This document shows positions 28,824-32,000 of a stretch of 32,000 bases of DNA, one piece after another. Numbering within the stretch: position 1 is the stretch's first letter; every line of letters begins with the position of its first letter. The translations under genes were made by a program, and so were the position numbers. Source of the stretch: Bacillus subtilis subsp. subtilis str. 168. Lineage in GTDB: Bacteria; Bacillota; Bacilli; Bacillales; Bacillaceae. Below the pieces are notes generated by a model. That model worked only from the letters and a program-made list of their open reading frames with translations. It was not told the origin of the DNA and did not search any database. Location: NCBI RefSeq assembly GCF_000009045.1, contig NC_000964.3, positions 2,940,001 to 2,972,000 on the forward strand. The letters are read 5' to 3'.

Positions 28824-30014
28824 ATGACTTCAGCCAATAAAAGCAATATTCCTGCACTACTGGCTTTGGCCGTAAGTGCATTCGCAATAGGGACAACTGA
28901 ATTTATCAGTGTCGGCCTTTTGCCGCTCATTGCTGATGACCTGGATATTCCCGTCACGACAGCAGGATTGACCGTTTCCCTTTATGCGCTCGGCGTTACA
29001 TTTGGGGCACCTATATTAACTTCATTGACCTCAAGCATGTCACGTAAGACACTATTGCTTTGGATCATGTTTATTTTTATTGCCGGTAATACGATGGCAG
29101 CAACCGCTTCAAGCATCGGGATTTTACTAGCAGCACGTGTGATATCGGCATTTTCGCACGGTGTGTTTATGTCGATCGGTTCGACAATCGCAGCGGATAT
29201 TGTCCCGGAGGATAAAAGGGCTAGCGCGATTTCAATTATGTTTACTGGCCTCACTGTGGCAACTGTAACCGGAGTTCCTTTTGGGACATTTATCGGCCAG
29301 CAGTTCGGCTGGCGTTTCGCCTTTATGGTCATTATCGCCGTCGGAATCATTGCTTTCATTACAAATGGCATTCTTGTACCGTCCAAATTACGAAAAGGGA
29401 CGAAAACAACGATGCGGGATCAATTGAAGCTTGTGACAAACAGCCGGTTATTGCTTTTATTTGTCATTACAGCGCTTGGATACGGAGGAACATTCGTTGT
29501 GTTCACGTATCTGTCTCCCCTGCTTCAGGAAGTAACAGGCTTCAAAGCCGGGACTGTTGCAGTGATTCTGCTCGGATACGGAATAGCTATTGCTATCGGC
29601 AATATGATTGGCGGAAAGCTGTCAAACCGAAATCCGATTGCCGCTTTATTCTATATGTTTATCGTACAGGCAATCGTTCTATTCGTACTGACATTTACAG
29701 CCCCGTATCAAGCAGCAGGGCTCATTACCATTCTCTGTATGGGATTGCTGGCCTTTATGAACGTGCCCGGCCTTCAGGTGTATGTCGTCATGCTGGCTGA
29801 GCGTTTTGTCCCGAGTGCAGTTGACGTCGCATCCGCGATGAATATCGCTGCCTTTAATGCAGGGATCGCGCTTGGGTCATACCTTGGCGGTGTGATCACC
29901 GATTCAATCGGATTGATTCATACCGCTTGGATAGGCGGATTAATGGTGGTCGGTGCAGTCATTTTAACAGGCTGGAGCCGCTTGATGGAAAAACGAGATC
30001 GGCAGGAAGCCTGA
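28824..30014 (+). CDS. ytbD: MFS transporter (drug/arabinose efflux type) YtbD
   Basis: 396 aa, 12-TM MFS; AFAIGTTEFISVGLLPLIADDL typical of DHA1 family. Confidence 0.9.
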   Translation: MTSANKSNIPALLALAVSAFAIGTTEFISVGLLPLIADDLDIPVTTAGLTVSLYALGVTFGAPILTSLTSSMSRKTLLLWIMFIFIAGNTMAATASSIGILLAARVISAFSHGVFMSIGSTIAADIVPEDKRASAISIMFTGLTVATVTGVPFGTFIGQQFGWRFAFMVIIAVGIIAFITNGILVPSKLRKGTKTTMRDQLKLVTNSRLLLLFVITALGYGGTFVVFTYLSPLLQEVTGFKAGTVAVILLGYGIAIAIGNMIGGKLSNRNPIAALFYMFIVQAIVLFVLTFTAPYQAAGLITILCMGLLAFMNVPGLQVYVVMLAERFVPSAVDVASAMNIAAFNAGIALGSYLGGVITDSIGLIHTAWIGGLMVVGAVILTGWSRLMEKRDRQEA

Positions 30015-30037
30015 CAATTTTAAAGGAGGAAATAAAC

Positions 30038-30880
30038 ATGACAACACATTTACAAGCAAAAGCAACACTTCATAATGGGGTAGAAATGCCTTGGTTCGGC
30101 CTCGGCGTGTTCCAAGTGGAAGAAGGATCTGAACTGGTAAACGCAGTTAAAACTGCCATTGTTCACGGGTACCGCAGTATTGATACTGCAGCAATCTATG
30201 GAAATGAAGCTGGAGTCGGAGAAGGGATTCGGGAAGGCATTGAAGAAGCAGGCATTTCAAGAGAGGATCTGTTTATCACATCGAAAGTATGGAATGCGGA
30301 TTTAGGCTACGAAGAAACACTCGCCGCGTTTGAAACAAGTCTGTCCAAACTCGGTCTGGATTATTTGGATCTATACCTCATCCACTGGCCTGTAGAAGGA
30401 AAGTATAAAGAAGCTTGGAGAGCGCTTGAAACGCTGTATAAAGAAGGCCGTATCAAAGCGATTGGCGTAAGCAACTTCCAAATTCACCATCTTGAAGATC
30501 TGATGACGGCAGCTGAAATTAAGCCTATGATTAACCAAGTGGAATTTCACCCGCGCCTCACACAAAAAGAGTTGATAAGATACTGCCAAAATCAGGGCAT
30601 CCAGATGGAGGCTTGGTCACCTTTAATGCAGGGACAGCTGCTGGATCACCCTGTATTGGCTGACATCGCTCAAACATATAATAAATCTGTCGCACAAATT
30701 ATTTTGCGCTGGGATCTGCAGCATGGCATTATAACGATTCCTAAATCAACGAAGGAACACCGCATTAAAGAAAATGCAAGCGTATTTGACTTTGAATTAA
30801 CGCAGGATGACATGAACCGAATCGATGCACTGAATGAAAACTTGCGCGTCGGTCCTGATCCGGACAACTTTGATTTTTAA
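30038..30880 (+). CDS. ytbE: Aldo/keto reductase YtbE
   Basis: 280 aa from MTTHLQAKATLHNGVEMPWFGLGVF, RBS AAAGGAGG immediately upstream; AKR motifs LDLYLIHWPV, IGVSNFQ. Track start at 29927 overlaps ytbD and is artefactual. Confidence 0.95.
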   Translation: MTTHLQAKATLHNGVEMPWFGLGVFQVEEGSELVNAVKTAIVHGYRSIDTAAIYGNEAGVGEGIREGIEEAGISREDLFITSKVWNADLGYEETLAAFETSLSKLGLDYLDLYLIHWPVEGKYKEAWRALETLYKEGRIKAIGVSNFQIHHLEDLMTAAEIKPMINQVEFHPRLTQKELIRYCQNQGIQMEAWSPLMQGQLLDHPVLADIAQTYNKSVAQIILRWDLQHGIITIPKSTKEHRIKENASVFDFELTQDDMNRIDALNENLRVGPDPDNFDF

Positions 30881-30921
30881 TGGCCAAAAAACACCGTTCA
30901 ATATGAACGGTGTTTTTTGTA

Positions 30922-31515
30922 TTATGCCCAGCTGTTCATGATTTCATCAAGCTGCCTTTTGGTCTCTTCAAGCGTGCCGCTGTTATCAATGACTTGATCT
31001 GCTCTTGCTGTTTTTTCCTCTAAGGGCATTTGAGAGCGGATACGGCTGACTGCTTCTTCTTCTGTCAGCTGATTGCGCTTCATCAGACGTTCCAGTTGAA
31101 GCTCTTTTGTCACACTGACCACAATAATTTTATCAACCAATGATTCCAATTTGCTTTCGAACAATAGCGGGATATCCAATACAACAAATGCCTCCCGATT
31201 TGCAACGGCTTCATCACGGCGATTGAGCATTTCCTGCCTGACTGCGGGATGAACAATTGCATTTAAAGCGAGACGTTTTTGTTCATTTGTAAATACCAGC
31301 GCTCCAAGCTTTTTTCTATCTATATCGCCATTTGAGAGCAGTATGTCTTCACCGAATTCGTCAATGATTTGCCGGTAGGCCGGCATCCCTTTTTCTACCG
31401 CTTGTTTTGCAATGATATCTGCATCTATAACTGTTATTCCTTTTTCAATCAGCATATTGGCTACCGTGCTTTTGCCGCTAGCTATTCCTCCCGTTAAACC
31501 AATGACTAAGGTCAA
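30922..31515 (-). CDS. coaE: Dephospho-CoA kinase, probable TTG start at 31515
   Basis: [19 protein letters not shown]-loop; GGAG 8 nt before TTG gives [10 protein letters not shown] (197 aa). Confidence 0.93.
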
Positions 31516-31530
31516 GAGATCCACTCCTTT

Positions 31531-32000
31531 TTACAATTTCCAGAGCCCAATCGTGATTAATAGAAGCCCCGGCAAAAACGCCATTTTATCGATCCATTTC
31601 CACTTAGACAGAAAATGGCCGGCATTGATTCCAATTGATACAAACAGCGAGCTCATGATTGCCACGGCGATGCTCATCACAATCGGCGAAAAACCGAGAA
31701 TGGCTGCGCCTATACCTGCTCCAAAGGCATCAATCGATAAGGCAAATCCCAATAAGACCGCCTCAATTCCGTTGATCACACCCGATTTGTCGATATCCGC
31801 ACTCATGGGTTTTCTCAAAATATGAATCACAATTCCTAATGACCGAACCTCTAGATTAAGCAGTGTTTTTTCATGCAATAGGTATTCTTTATCTTTTGCC
31901 GGTTTGAAAAATTGATACAGAACCCACGCACCGATTCCAACCAATATCAAACCGCCAAGCTTCTCCGTCACATATACAGGAAAAAACTTCGTGAGAAAGC
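31531..32000 (-). CDS. ytaF: YtaF, MntP-like membrane protein of sporulation, partial; continues past right edge
   Basis: Track start at 31971 is an internal GTG (FLTKFFPVYVTEKLGGL reads through to the window end with no stop). Confidence 0.85.
   Translation of the reverse strand, partial: FLTKFFPVYVTEKLGGLILVGIGAWVLYQFFKPAKDKEYLLHEKTLLNLEVRSLGIVIHILRKPMSADIDKSGVINGIEAVLLGFALSIDAFGAGIGAAILGFSPIVMSIAVAIMSSLFVSIGINAGHFLSKWKWIDKMAFLPGLLLITIGLWKL

Noticed and set aside
28982-29386. 134 aa minus strand ORF inside ytbD
   Set aside because: Shadow ORF antisense to a clear MFS transporter.

Overview
The window is an ordinary chromosomal segment of Bacillus subtilis or a very close relative, recognised from protein sequences and gene order recalled from memory; no database search was run. 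From left to right it holds: the L-arabinose locus on the minus strand (araQ partial, araP, araN, araM/egsA, araL, araD, araB, araA, abnA); ysdC; ysdB (+); ysdA; the rplT-rpmI-infC operon with its leader; an orphan lipoprotein ORF (+); the pftB-pftA (ysbB-ysbA) genes with lytT-lytS; ysaA (+); thrS with a T-box leader; ytxC; ytxB; dnaI; dnaB; nrdR; speD; gapB; ytcD; ytbD and ytbE (+); coaE; and ytaF (partial, running off the right edge). I found no CRISPR array, mobile element, prophage, rRNA or tRNA, and no convincing new multi-gene system. The more interesting signals are regulatory or small scale: (1) a ~135 nt speD 5' leader in which GGACCUCUC can pair over 9 nt with the GGGGGGUCC Shine-Dalgarno region and can alternatively join a local hairpin; (2) a 21-bp-phased direct repeat upstream of a cre-overlapped pftA promoter, probably the LytT site; (3) an uncharacterised lipoprotein with an 11-residue repeat, divergent from infC; (4) a perfect AAAGTACGTACTTT palindrome between ytcD (HxlR family) and ytbD; (5) a hairpin over the araL start; (6) the infC AUU start. 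Several track ORF starts need trimming or extending.
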